DNA of 64,000 nucleotides from Escherichia phage ime: the sequence record MN850576.1; one strand, written 5' to 3'. Made by a program: the position numbers and the translations under genes. Positions 1-8,636 of this stretch are shown here, in pieces. A model generated the notes under the pieces. The model saw only the letters and a program-made list of their open reading frames with translations, was not told where the DNA came from and did no database searches. Within the stretch, counting starts at the first letter, position 1; each line of letters starts with the position of its first letter.

Positions 1-564
1 CGGATTCTCCTCGGTATTTGCGGATTTTGCAACATCATCCACCTCGGTAGTTTTATCCACCTCAGCAGGTTCCTGTACCGCCTTGATCAGGTTCCCTTCT
101 TTATCGAAGAGATCAGCGGTTACTTGTTCAAAAATCTGTTGTGTTTTTAACAGGCTGTACTGATCTACCACACTAAGCTGCTTGCCTTCTTTTGCAGCCT
201 TATGAATGGTCACGTTATCACAACGCTCTTCCAGCCATGCAATACAAGACTCTGCGTCAGCTTGCGCCCATTCCCAATCAGGATGCTCTTTAGCCCAAGC
301 CTCCTCTTCAATCTCAAAACCAAGCATGTGTGCAAGTGCTTTAGCATCATCATACCACATATCGAAGAAACGACGCAGGTATTCTTCAAAACTAAGCTCC
401 ACAGTAACTTGGCGAAGTGCCTTAACAATATCGTCTGTTAACTGCTCAGGCTTAAGATCACTCTTCATCAAAAGAGATACAGGTCTGTTGTTAGCGCTAT
501 AGCCTTGCGCCTTATGGCACAGGGCAATCCCCTTCTCTTTAATAGTAATCGTTTTTTCAGACAT
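1..564 (-). CDS. hypothetical acidic protein, partial (3' end beyond window); possible scaffold/head-assembly protein
   Basis: Minus-strand ATG at 562-564 overlaps stop of upstream gene (TAATG); frame stays open to window edge; absent from ORF track because truncated; SD-like GAAGAGGG upstream; lies downstream of portal candidate. Confidence 0.4.
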   Translation of the reverse strand, partial: MSEKTITIKEKGIALCHKAQGYSANNRPVSLLMKSDLKPEQLTDDIVKALRQVTVELSFEEYLRRFFDMWYDDAKALAHMLGFEIEEEAWAKEHPDWEWAQADAESCIAWLEERCDNVTIHKAAKEGKQLSVVDQYSLLKTQQIFEQVTADLFDKEGNLIKAVQEPAEVDKTTEVDDVAKSANTEENP

Positions 565-995
565 TATTCATTGCCCTCTTCTACAACACTGATCCCGAAG
601 TTTACGTTGGTAATTTCACCAGTTTCTTCATCAACATTACCTGTTGCCTGAATGCTTAGGCCACCAACAATGCCAGCCTTCTTAGCTTCCCATAATTCAG
701 GATTATTGTATTTAACTTTAGCAACCCAAGAGCCAGCCTTGATGACCTGCTCAGTGCCAATTACTACAACATCAAACTCTTCTTGAATCCACGTCTTTTC
801 AATAGTGAAAGCATCTGTAGAGGTCAAGTGGAAAAGGTTTTCAGAAACTAGGCCTGCAGCGTATGCTGCGTCCCAGTTATCTTTAGCCTTTTTGATGGTG
901 TCTTTACTCATCCACTCACCGTGAGCATCTTTAGTGTCAGGCTCGTAGATGATTTCGTAGGAAATCATTTCTTCCTGTGGCATCTTATTCCCCAT
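564..995 (-). CDS. hypothetical protein (head-module gene downstream of portal); start uncertain
   Basis: ORF 564-1139 overlaps portal 3' end; internal Met starts at 995/983/968 avoid overlap, AGGAAG SD precedes the 968 Met. Confidence 0.35.
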   Translation of the reverse strand: MGNKMPQEEMISYEIIYEPDTKDAHGEWMSKDTIKKAKDNWDAAYAAGLVSENLFHLTSTDAFTIEKTWIQEEFDVVVIGTEQVIKAGSWVAKVKYNNPELWEAKKAGIVGGLSIQATGNVDEETGEITNVNFGISVVEEGNE

Positions 996-1050
996 GTGGA
1001 TTATTTTATCACGCCAAAGGAGGTTTTGCAACCCCCTGTGTTGATAATTT

Positions 1051-2607
1051 TTAATTTTCCATGTTGGATATGGAATTATCTCTGGTTGATGATATCTTAG
1101 AAGTGCCGTTGCCAGTGGATCCTGCAGCCATTCCATCACCAGCTCTACTGATGTCCTGGCCCAAGAGCTTCATCAGCTCTTCCTGATCCATGTCCTCGTC
1201 AAATCTTTCATCAAACCCGCCTACTTCAAGAATCTTATTAATTACTGCAGGAGTTTTTGGCAAGTAACCTACAGCACCGATCCTCTGGACAAACTTGGAG
1301 AAGCTCTCCATATCCACTTCTTCAATCAGACCAGGTTTCAGTTTAGGCATATCATCATCTTCAAGGATGATACCATTCAATGCCAGAAGCTGTGGAATAA
1401 GATCCTTATTGAAGGCTTCAGTGATAATATCTATATCACGCTGAACAAAATGACCATGGATAGACTGTTTTGACTCAGACAGAGAGAAGGATCCAACGTT
1501 ATCGTTACCGAGGTTAATAAAGCCAGCACCGAAACGGTCAAGAATCGCCTTCTTACGGGCATCAATCAAATCTTTAGTGGAATACTGCTTACCCATACCG
1601 TCAACCCCCTTCAGGGTCATGGAGTAAAGCTCTTTACCAGACTTATCTCTATCAGACGGAAGTATAAAGAAACTTTGCTCACCACTATGGGCGTTTGCTG
1701 CGTCAAGCATAAGATCTGCAACCATTCTCCCTTCCATTGAATTCGGGTCAATGCTGGCCTTGTTCAAAATATTGGAAGGAATTTTCAGCTCAAGTACACC
1801 ACCAAGGTCTTTGGAACAGCCAACAACCTCAAGGTTTTCAATCAGAACTTTCTCACGGAAAGATCTGTAGCAACCTATCATCGGTGACACACCTGCAGGG
1901 TTAGATTCTGTTCCTGACAGGGTCATGAGCATAAGCTTTTTAGCAGGGATGAAAATTTCAGGCTCATTAAAGCCTTTTGAAGGCATTGCAGCAAGAGGTC
2001 CAGCCCAGCGTGCATTCTGAGTGTTTAGAAATGCATTAGGTGACTGATAAATACCTGTCAGTGTTCTACTATTCTTGTCAAAAACAAACGGCTCTGATCT
2101 GGACAGGCTGGCCTGAGGTCGGAATGCAATTTTATCAATAAGAAGCATCCCGGCATATTTACCTTCTTTCTCTCTGCGGTATACTTTCTCAAACAGTGAA
2201 AAACCATACTCGTTAAAGGTAGCTGCGCTTCTTGCAATATCTCGAAGAGTTTGTTGGTTTGCCAAATTACGCAAAGAATACTCTATAAGCTCGGCAGCTT
2301 TCTTAGAGTCTTCACTTTTAACATTATAAAGGATCTTAAAATCATTGAATGCTTTCGTGATGAAAACATATTTTGTATCTAAGGCAGTAGCAACTGTGGA
2401 ATCACATTTCATAGTCTCCACTGTGGCAATCAGCTGAGGCCAACGCAATTCCTCAACCATCATAGATTGCGATTCTGCCATAATTTGGGAAAGTGCGCCA
2501 GAACCGATCTCACTCATACGAACATTATGAGTTGGTGCGCCTGCGTTCCCAGATTTATTCACAGTTTTGGCTGTGGCGTTGTGTTTCCTGCGGTTCTTTT
2601 TGGACAC
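1051..2607 (-). CDS. putative portal protein
   Basis: 518-aa ORF immediately downstream and co-directional with large terminase; size and position typical of portal; no motif-level confirmation. Confidence 0.5.
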   Translation of the reverse strand: MSKKNRRKHNATAKTVNKSGNAGAPTHNVRMSEIGSGALSQIMAESQSMMVEELRWPQLIATVETMKCDSTVATALDTKYVFITKAFNDFKILYNVKSEDSKKAAELIEYSLRNLANQQTLRDIARSAATFNEYGFSLFEKVYRREKEGKYAGMLLIDKIAFRPQASLSRSEPFVFDKNSRTLTGIYQSPNAFLNTQNARWAGPLAAMPSKGFNEPEIFIPAKKLMLMTLSGTESNPAGVSPMIGCYRSFREKVLIENLEVVGCSKDLGGVLELKIPSNILNKASIDPNSMEGRMVADLMLDAANAHSGEQSFFILPSDRDKSGKELYSMTLKGVDGMGKQYSTKDLIDARKKAILDRFGAGFINLGNDNVGSFSLSESKQSIHGHFVQRDIDIITEAFNKDLIPQLLALNGIILEDDDMPKLKPGLIEEVDMESFSKFVQRIGAVGYLPKTPAVINKILEVGGFDERFDEDMDQEELMKLLGQDISRAGDGMAAGSTGNGTSKISSTRDNSISNMEN

Positions 2608-2707
2608 AAGCTTTACCCCTCAAAACAGTATAACAAAATAGCCCTCGTCAGAGGGCTAGTATCTCCAATTACTTTATTGTACCACATCTAATTAAGATTG
2701 GCAACAC

Positions 2708-4255
2708 TTAGATAAAACGCTTGAACATAGAAGGTGATGAGATTGATGGAATCACACAAGGAAGTGCTACCTCCTCTTTCTCCAGGAAATTAATCGCAGA
2801 AGCTACACAGTCGGCCCAGTCGTCTTTTCTGTTAAATGTTGATCTTTCCCCGTTGAATTTTTCAAGTTCAGTCAGAAATGCTTCCAGAGTATCAGGATGG
2901 AAACTGGATTTTACAATCCTCACCATTCCTTGTTGGGCAAGATTGGCAAAAGGTGAGAACCTTGTCAGTTTAGACTTGTTGGAAGGCATTGGGTCTTCTT
3001 CAACCCTGAACCCTTCGGCAAGCAAGGATCTGGAGGAGGTTAAGAACTCACTCTTACCTGCCTGCCCTGGGTCCACAGAGAAGACGATTATGCAATCATC
3101 ACCATCGAACTGCGCCTGTTTCCTGATGATCACATCTCGTTCACCAGCCTTTTTACAGAACTTGCCTTCCAGACCTGTGGAATACCTCCCGTCATCCACG
3201 TTCTCAGGACAATAATCACCGGACAGGTAATAAAAGCCGTCGCTATCTTTACTTACCTTAACACTGGCAGTAAAGTCAGGAAATTTATTACCGGAAGTTC
3301 TCTCGGTTCCTGCCTTATCCCATGCCCTGCAAGATACTGACCCAAGAGGTACTCTATCGGCATCACGAAGGAAAGATCTTTGAAAATAGTTTGCACCCTC
3401 AGGCTTTGCAAACCAGTTACCATGGAGAAGCTGAGCTTTTTCCAGCTCTGGTAGACCTTCGAGGAAAGCAAGGTATTCTGGGTTGTCTCTCAAACAGACA
3501 GGATTATCGAATATTGTTGCGCCTATGAACGAGAATGACAACGGTCTTGGCTTGATCTCTACGCCAAGTCCGTTAACCGTGGTGTATTTCTCTATCAACT
3601 CTTCTTTAGAGTCTCCCCAGATAAATTCACCGTCGCGTCGGATAAAATATCTTTTCTTACCGCATTTCTCCGGATCTGGATACCCTTCATCGTCCAACCA
3701 CCATCTAACCAGTTTGGCAAGCATGTGTTCTGAATCGGGGTTACAGCTGATAACCATTCTTGATGGATACTTTGACTGAGATCGCAGACGAGACATCAGA
3801 TAGTCTATCTGCTCCCATTCGAACTGCGTGCCCTCATCGAAGCAAACCATGGTGTACTCAAGCCCCTGATGGTTAAGCTTATCTTGTACATACTCCATAT
3901 GGCAGTATTTTACAACAGCTCCCTTTTTGCTTCTATCCCACTTACCAGTGTTCGGATCAAACCGTGGAAAAATGAACTTATGATCCTTCTCTCTGAACTT
4001 TGGCTTAATGTTTTCAGGCAGATCACTGTAAATAGCTACTGCTTTAGGCCATAGTCCACCCTCACCTTCCAACTGTGGGGTTGTTCTTCGGAACATAACC
4101 ACAGAGCTGTGGGGGTCATCAATAATTTTAAGTGGCATCAACTGCAAGAGGAACGACTTGCCAGACCCTGCGGCACCGCCGATTACCAAAATATCTGCAT
4201 CGTTTTCTAGGATCATCTTCTGCTTTTCAGAACACGGTCCGTAAATCTTAGACAT
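2708..4255 (-). CDS. terL: terminase large subunit
   Basis: 515 aa; N-terminal Walker A ILVIGGAAGSGKSF; size and two-domain architecture typical of phage TerL. Confidence 0.8.
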   Translation of the reverse strand: MSKIYGPCSEKQKMILENDADILVIGGAAGSGKSFLLQLMPLKIIDDPHSSVVMFRRTTPQLEGEGGLWPKAVAIYSDLPENIKPKFREKDHKFIFPRFDPNTGKWDRSKKGAVVKYCHMEYVQDKLNHQGLEYTMVCFDEGTQFEWEQIDYLMSRLRSQSKYPSRMVISCNPDSEHMLAKLVRWWLDDEGYPDPEKCGKKRYFIRRDGEFIWGDSKEELIEKYTTVNGLGVEIKPRPLSFSFIGATIFDNPVCLRDNPEYLAFLEGLPELEKAQLLHGNWFAKPEGANYFQRSFLRDADRVPLGSVSCRAWDKAGTERTSGNKFPDFTASVKVSKDSDGFYYLSGDYCPENVDDGRYSTGLEGKFCKKAGERDVIIRKQAQFDGDDCIIVFSVDPGQAGKSEFLTSSRSLLAEGFRVEEDPMPSNKSKLTRFSPFANLAQQGMVRIVKSSFHPDTLEAFLTELEKFNGERSTFNRKDDWADCVASAINFLEKEEVALPCVIPSISSPSMFKRFI

Positions 4256-4542
4256 TAACCTCTCTCCTTTGGAAACAGTGTTCTAATATAGTCTTGCAAA
4301 ATGATCAATTTAGCTCTATCATTGCTACAAGACAGATTATTATCCCTCATAATGCCAGAATTCACTGCATCTGGCGCACCTTTCTTCAAAGGCATAGCTT
4401 TAGCAGGTGGTTTCATGGCACCTTCCGGGGGTTTAACAATCAACCTTCCTACATCCGGAGGGTCAATCTTGTATTCTCTCTCAACGCTGGTTGCACACCC
4501 ACATAATAACAAGCACACAATAAACAGTGTAGCAACTCTCAT
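4255..4542 (-). CDS. putative o-spanin (outer-membrane lipoprotein, Rz1-like)
   Basis: 95 aa; N-terminal signal with Cys-containing lipobox-like LLLCGCATS; proline-rich mature part; 4-nt overlap with upstream i-spanin candidate. Confidence 0.55.
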   Translation of the reverse strand: MRVATLFIVCLLLCGCATSVEREYKIDPPDVGRLIVKPPEGAMKPPAKAMPLKKGAPDAVNSGIMRDNNLSCSNDRAKLIILQDYIRTLFPKERG

Positions 4543-4937
4543 CTACCCTCCTGATTAATACTCTCATTATAAATATCTATAAGCTGATCAGGGAGTGTTG
4601 ACTTCTTACCCTCAGGTGACTGGAGGTAAATAATCTGCTTTTCTTTACCTGCCTTCTCAGCCATATTTAATTTATCCTGTAGATCAGAAAGGGATTTTTC
4701 AAGGTTTTTAACCTCCTCTGCGTGGCCCATTTTAATTTTGTCGGCCTGCTTTTGTTGCTGATCAAGGATCCGTTCCCACTTTAACTCTGTTGCTGACACA
4801 CCTTCTTGGTAGGCATCATTAAGCTTAGAGTTAAACCAATACACGGCCCCAAGATAAGCTGTACCTATCGCAGCTGCAAAAACTAAACCTTTTATGATCC
4901 CTCTATACCTGCTCAGCCATGTTAAAACTGAAATCAT
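4539..4937 (-). CDS. putative i-spanin (Rz-like)
   Basis: 132 aa; N-terminal TM segment (LVFAAAIGTAYLGAVYWF) then coiled-coil-like charged region; paired with overlapping lipoprotein gene. Confidence 0.55.
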   Translation of the reverse strand: MISVLTWLSRYRGIIKGLVFAAAIGTAYLGAVYWFNSKLNDAYQEGVSATELKWERILDQQQKQADKIKMGHAEEVKNLEKSLSDLQDKLNMAEKAGKEKQIIYLQSPEGKKSTLPDQLIDIYNESINQEGR

Positions 4938-4950
4938 TTTAAGGCTCCAG

Positions 4951-4990
4951 AAACGAAAAAACCCCGCAGCTATACAGCTAACGGGGCGGG
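4951..4990 (-). terminator. rho-independent terminator (minus strand)
   Basis: On minus strand: GC stem CCCCG...CGGGG with inner palindrome, followed by TTTTTTCG; downstream of gene 5043-5312. Confidence 0.5.
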
Positions 4991-5042
4991 TTAAAATTGA
5001 GTAACCTAAATAGATCGAAACTAACTAAAAGGAGACTAATAC

Positions 5043-5312
5043 TTATCGAGGCACTCGGTGGATGATTCTAACAGTAACTGCATTTTCATTCATCAAGTAT
5101 GCATCTACATCTCTGTAAATATAAAACTTCTGCTCACTATCAACAACACAAGCTACCGCCCCTTCAGAGTTGTCTTCAAAAAAGACCACCACTGCATCGC
5201 AGCTGAGTTCATGATATGACTCTCGAAGATTTACAGCCAGAGGATTGAAATCGTCACGAAAATCTACGGTATGGGTTGGATTTACACGCTCTACAATTTT
5301 AAGTGTATACAT
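5043..5312 (-). CDS. hypothetical protein
   Basis: ORF track 5043-5402 trimmed to Met at 5310-5312 because N-terminal extension overlaps tRNA-Pro; SD AAGGA 9 nt upstream. Confidence 0.4.
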   Translation of the reverse strand: MYTLKIVERVNPTHTVDFRDDFNPLAVNLRESYHELSCDAVVVFFEDNSEGAVACVVDSEQKFYIYRDVDAYLMNENAVTVRIIHRVPR

Positions 5313-5358
5313 TTTAAAGGTTCCTTTTGTTTGTATATGTTTAAAGTATAACTGAAAG

Positions 5359-5435
5359 TGGTCTCCACGGAGTGATTCGAACACTCGACCTCCTGATCCC
5401 AAATCAGGCGCTCTACCAAGCTGAGCTACGCGGAG
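5359..5435 (-). tRNA. tRNA-Pro (anticodon TGG)
   Basis: Manual cloverleaf: C1-G72 acceptor (typical of Pro), D-arm TAGCTCAGCTTGGTAGAGC, anticodon stem CCTGA/TCAGG with loop TTTGGGA, T-loop TTCGAAT, encoded CCA. Confidence 0.85.
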
Positions 5436-5446
5436 TATTTATTATT

Positions 5447-5521
5447 TGGTGGCCCTGGGTGGAATTGAACCACCGTCTGGCGATTATGAGTCGCTTGCTT
5501 GAACCTTCCAGCTACAGGGCC
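5447..5521 (-). tRNA. tRNA-Met (anticodon CAT; elongator-type or Ile-CAT not distinguishable)
   Basis: Manual fold: acceptor GGCCCTG/CAGGGCC, anticodon loop CTCATAA, T-arm GGTGG-TTCAATT-CCACC, encoded CCA; G1-C72 pair argues against initiator. Confidence 0.75.
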
Positions 5522-5522
5522 A

Positions 5523-5598
5523 TGGTGCTGATGGCAGGACTTGAACCTGCAACCTATTGATTACAAATCAATTGCACTACCAATTGTGCTACATCAGC
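5523..5598 (-). tRNA. tRNA-Thr (anticodon TGT)
   Basis: Manual fold: acceptor GCTGATG/CATCAGC, D-stem GCAC/GTGC, anticodon stem ATTGA/TCAAT loop TTTGTAA, T-arm GCAGG-TTCAAGT-CCTGC, CCA. Confidence 0.85.
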
Positions 5599-5603
5599 AA
5601 AAA

Positions 5604-5702
5604 GGTGCTAGGTGATGGAATCGAACCACCTATGTATTCAACGACTACCTCGTCTATTTTCAGGATTAAAAATCCTCGCCCTTGCCAAAGGGCTTACCTA
5701 GC
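5604..5702 (-). tRNA. aberrant tRNA-like element (Lys-TTT-like anticodon arm; about 25-nt insertion in variable region); possible pseudo-tRNA
   Basis: Perfect 7-bp acceptor GCTAGGT/ACCTAGC, D-arm GCCC-TTTGGCAA-GGGC, T-arm GGTGG-TTCGATT-CCATC, anticodon arm AGGA-TTTTTAA-TCCT; about 30 nt between anticodon and T arms; CC but no terminal A encoded. Confidence 0.4.
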
Positions 5703-5800
5703 TCAGTATGTTGACCATGTTGCTAGTCGGCGATGACGACTGTAACATTTGATAATCCGGTTCTGCTTCCGGCTTTCGCTTAATTACAAGGTCAACAATA

Positions 5801-5891
5801 TGGCTGAGGGTAATGGAATCGAACCATCATCAAGTCATCCTCAACGGGACGGTTTTCAAGACCGCTTGAGCACCATTGCTCCCTACCCTCA
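5801..5891 (-). tRNA. tRNA-Ser (anticodon TGA), type II with long variable arm
   Basis: Manual fold: acceptor TGAGGGT/ACCCTCA, anticodon stem GCGGT/ACCGT loop CTTGAAA, long variable arm, T-loop TTCGATT, encoded CCA; 91 nt. Confidence 0.8.
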
Positions 5892-6005
5892 TTTATAAAC
5901 AATACTGATAATGACACTGATTTTCGAGCAGTTAGTGACTAGTATAAACGACGATAAATATCAATGCCATTATCTGTATGATTTATGCATTTAAAACTAT
6001 AAATT

Positions 6006-6092
6006 TGGTGGGGAGTGGTGGAGTCGAACCACCCGAGTCGCAATGACAATAGATTTACAGTCTACACCGCTACCCCTACGGGATAACTCCCC
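6006..6092 (-). tRNA. tRNA-Tyr (anticodon GTA), type II
   Basis: Anticodon arm GTAGA-CTGTAAA-TCTAT, variable arm about 15 nt, T-arm GGTGG-TTCGACT-CCACC, acceptor GGGGAGT/ACTCCCC, CCA; resembles bacterial tRNA-Tyr layout. Confidence 0.8.
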
Positions 6093-6096
6093 AATT

Positions 6097-6171
6097 TGGC
6101 ACCCCGTACTGGACTCGAACCAGTGTCAACGGCTTAGAAGGCCGCTGCTTTATCCACTAAGCTAACAGGGC
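6097..6171 (-). tRNA. tRNA-Arg (anticodon TCT)
   Basis: Acceptor GCCCTGT/ACGGGGT (2 G-U pairs), D-stem GCTT/AAGC, anticodon stem GCGGC/GCCGT loop CTTCTAA, T-arm ACTGG-TTCGAGT-CCAGT, CCA. Confidence 0.8.
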
Positions 6172-6267
6172 ACTGGGTGGCTTTCTTTTACACCTTAGCC
6201 GCCAGAAAAGGTGGGAGACCATGTTTACAATATTACACTGTTAAGCAAAGTTTGTCAAGAAAATATT

Positions 6268-6606
6268 TTAGCTATTGCCAACAGGTTGTATTTCTGTGGT
6301 AAATGGCATAAAAGGTGCTGGTTTTTCAGCCTCTTCTACTACCACCTCTTCCTCTTCACCAAACATCTCATCATATTCTTCCTGCATTCGGTCTGCCTTA
6401 TCAAGAACATACTCTGCAATGCTTTGACGAATATTTTGTTTGGTTTTCGGGTCCAACATCAGCTCTCTTAAAACTTTGTGAGCTTCTGGAACCATCGCTA
6501 TAAAAGATTCCTTCATATCAAGGATGTTCTTCTCTAGCTGAATGGCGTTGGACTCCTCTTTCAGAGGTCTGCCTCTACGGCGACGCTTTTTAGTTGTATC
6601 CGCCAT
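6268..6606 (-). CDS. hypothetical protein with AT-hook-like basic motif (KKRRRRGRP) and acidic tail
   Basis: ORF track 6268-6726 trimmed to Met at 6604-6606 preceded by GGAGG SD; RGRP AT-hook-like motif near N-terminus. Confidence 0.45.
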   Translation of the reverse strand: MADTTKKRRRRGRPLKEESNAIQLEKNILDMKESFIAMVPEAHKVLRELMLDPKTKQNIRQSIAEYVLDKADRMQEEYDEMFGEEEEVVVEEAEKPAPFMPFTTEIQPVGNS

Positions 6607-6950
6607 GTTTCCTCCATTATCACGTGATAGGTGGATTTTATCATAGCAAATACTGATTGTCAAGTTCGCCGCAGGGTGGTATTCCCTGCGACTTGTCCAG
6701 CGTCCTGGACCAGCAAGACCCAACAAGTGGGTTACCAGAGCCCATTACCGCACTTTGGCTCGACCTTATTACAGGTTGGCTGGGGTCACATCGTCATGTG
6801 CTGGCTGCCCCTACCATTTTAAGTGTGGTGCACTATCAAGCCCTCTAAGGGGAACTCAGCCTTCTCCGAACCCTGTTTCAAAGCATCCGGAGATAAAGCC
6901 ATCAAATTCATCTTTAAATTGGATATTCATCATGATACACGAAAACAACC

Positions 6951-7193
6951 TCATTGTAAAGCACAAATAAATAAAACATACTTAATTTGTTTGTTATCAG
7001 GCTCAGGGTAGAAGTAGAAGATCTTGCTATCACCGATCTGAACACCACCATCCCAACAGCATAGCCCATAACCCGTATTCATACAAGCTAAGTCGTTGGC
7101 AAAATCTATTGCATCATCCAGTGCACGAAATTCACCTTCATCTTCTAAATAATCCTCATTCATGGAACGAAAAACGAGCTTAACCTTAAACAT
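6951..7193 (-). CDS. hypothetical protein
   Basis: 80-aa ORF in leftward block; no recognisable domain. Confidence 0.35.
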   Translation of the reverse strand: MFKVKLVFRSMNEDYLEDEGEFRALDDAIDFANDLACMNTGYGLCCWDGGVQIGDSKIFYFYPEPDNKQIKYVLFICALQ

Positions 7194-7269
7194 AGCATTA
7201 CCTGTAGACCTCGTAAGTTAAAATTGCATCACATCATATTGCAGATCTTATCAGGTAACACTATTTTTG

Positions 7270-7479
7270 TCAACAGATTCCTGCCTTATCCTTCCTGTCT
7301 GCGTATTCTTTAATCGCAACCTCATCTGCATTAGTGACCAGGTCTTCAAAGTAACTCTCAAGCTCCTCGTCAATGTCAGGAGACCAGCTCTTTTTCCTGT
7401 CAGTGTGAATTGCAGACTTGTTGAACTTATTACAGTTCTTTGCTACCGGGTTGTTCATTAAGCGCTCCTCAGCGTTCAT
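7270..7479 (-). CDS. hypothetical protein
   Basis: 69-aa ORF, co-directional, overlaps next gene start by 11 nt. Confidence 0.35.
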   Translation of the reverse strand: MNAEERLMNNPVAKNCNKFNKSAIHTDRKKSWSPDIDEELESYFEDLVTNADEVAIKEYADRKDKAGIC

Positions 7480-8047
7480 AGTAAATCTTATTTAACATTA
7501 CCTCATCCTTTGCAGAAAGGATATCAAGATATGCATCACCAAATCTTCCTGCAACAACCTCTGCATGATACATCACTTCGTTAACATCGTCAAGAGTGAT
7601 AACCGGATGACCATATCTTTCTGAATATTGTCTCAGGGTGCGATGTAACGAGTCGTCATCATATGCAGACTTTTTAATATCACAAACACGACGAATAGCC
7701 TTGATGTCGAAAAAACCTGTGCGATACCACCCAAGAAAAAGGTTTCGTGCAGTGTCAACATCTACATTGATACCATCAAGAACCTTATCTACAAGATAGC
7801 TGTCATCCTTTGGACCAGCGTCCTTAGTGCGAATGTAGTTGCCATCTTTTCCAGGCGACATCTCCTTCTCATCCCCAACCTGCATGCCATCATTTGGCGG
7901 TGTTAGCCACTTATCCGGATGCTTACGATCACGAGCGTTAGAATGATTACGCTGGAAACCGGGCTTCCACTTGAAAGTTTTCTCCATCTGTTCTTCATTC
8001 TGATAACGTTTTGCAATCTTTTCACGGTCATCTTTGCGTGAACCCAT
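7469..8047 (-). CDS. hypothetical protein
   Basis: 192-aa ORF; GAGGAGG SD immediately upstream of ATG at 8045-8047. Confidence 0.5.
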   Translation of the reverse strand: MGSRKDDREKIAKRYQNEEQMEKTFKWKPGFQRNHSNARDRKHPDKWLTPPNDGMQVGDEKEMSPGKDGNYIRTKDAGPKDDSYLVDKVLDGINVDVDTARNLFLGWYRTGFFDIKAIRRVCDIKKSAYDDDSLHRTLRQYSERYGHPVITLDDVNEVMYHAEVVAGRFGDAYLDILSAKDEVMLNKIYYER

Positions 8048-8132
8048 AGCTGCCTCCTCTTCAAGTTATAGAAAAACTAACTGTATCGCTTTGTAACGAG
8101 CTTTTCTATCAAACTGGTGCGATTGCATTACC

Positions 8133-8141
8133 TGGTATAGT
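8133..8141 (+). promoter_or_regulatory. candidate extended -10 promoter element (TGGTATAGT)
   Basis: TGnTATAGT matches the extended -10 consensus; sits just upstream of the GC-rich ORF-free island. Confidence 0.3.
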
Positions 8142-8149
8142 TTATATAG

Positions 8150-8450
8150 CTGTGGAGCGATTTAGGGGCCTTCTTGTCAGTTTCCACACATAAACTTCAT
8201 CCAAGCTCGCGCGGGAGACTCTCAACCGACTCCTTACGGCGCTGGCAAGCTTTCGTCGGTGGTCCACATCAGTGCTCGGCCTTTGGCCTGCGCTATCGCT
8301 TCGCTCCCACACATGTTAACAGACCTGTATGTATGAACTTCTGTTATTGTGTGCACCAAAGAGGCCCGGCATCTCGCCCCTCGTAGGCGAGTGCCAATGA
8401 AGGGCCGACACTGCCCATAGTAAGTAATAAATTTAAAACATGGTACTTAG
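8150..8450 (+). ncRNA. candidate non-coding RNA (GC-rich ORF-free island between extended -10 and strong terminator)
   Basis: About 250 bp visibly GC-richer than surroundings; only one RBS-less TTG-initiated ORF; bounded by promoter-like element and hairpin plus T-run; no match to any RNA family I can recognise. Confidence 0.25.
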
Positions 8451-8523
8451 GATCTAGTATATTCTACATAAGTTAAGTATATGTACTTGGTACCATAAGT
8501 ACTAGATCTTTTATTTTTTTTTT
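8451..8523 (+). terminator. rho-independent terminator (plus strand), long-loop hairpin plus T-run
   Basis: GATCTAGTA (8451-8459) pairs with TACTAGATC (8500-8508), followed by TTTTATTTTTTTTTT. Confidence 0.5.
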
Positions 8524-8555
8524 ATTATTTAGTTATTTTAGTTATATTCTTTATG

Positions 8556-8636
8556 TGTCCGTATCACGGACAGTTAGTGTCCGTATTACGGGCAGATGTG
8601 TCCGCGTGACGGACAGTAGTGTCCGTATCACGGACA
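8556..8636. repeat. array of four phased 17-bp palindromes TGTCCGYRTNACGGRCA (operator- or iteron-like)
   Basis: Copies at 8556-8572, 8578-8594, 8599-8615, 8620-8636 (21-22 bp period) plus degenerate fifth copy about 8643-8662; half-sites TGTCCGT / ACGGACA. Confidence 0.8.

Noticed and set aside
202-502. Plus-strand ORFs 202-441 and 206-502 and minus ORF 210-428 from the ORF track
   Set aside because: They lie inside the longer, SD-preceded minus-strand frame 1-564 that continues the head-module operon, and have no RBS; treated as spurious antisense or off-frame ORFs.
5312-5402. N-terminal extension of ORF 5043-5402
   Set aside because: The extension overlaps tRNA-Pro (5359-5435); an internal Met with a good SD at 5310-5312 gives a non-overlapping gene.
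6631-7011. Four mutually overlapping plus-strand ORFs in all three frames
   Set aside because: Mutual overlap in every frame is the signature of a GC-rich, stop-poor non-coding stretch; none has an RBS.
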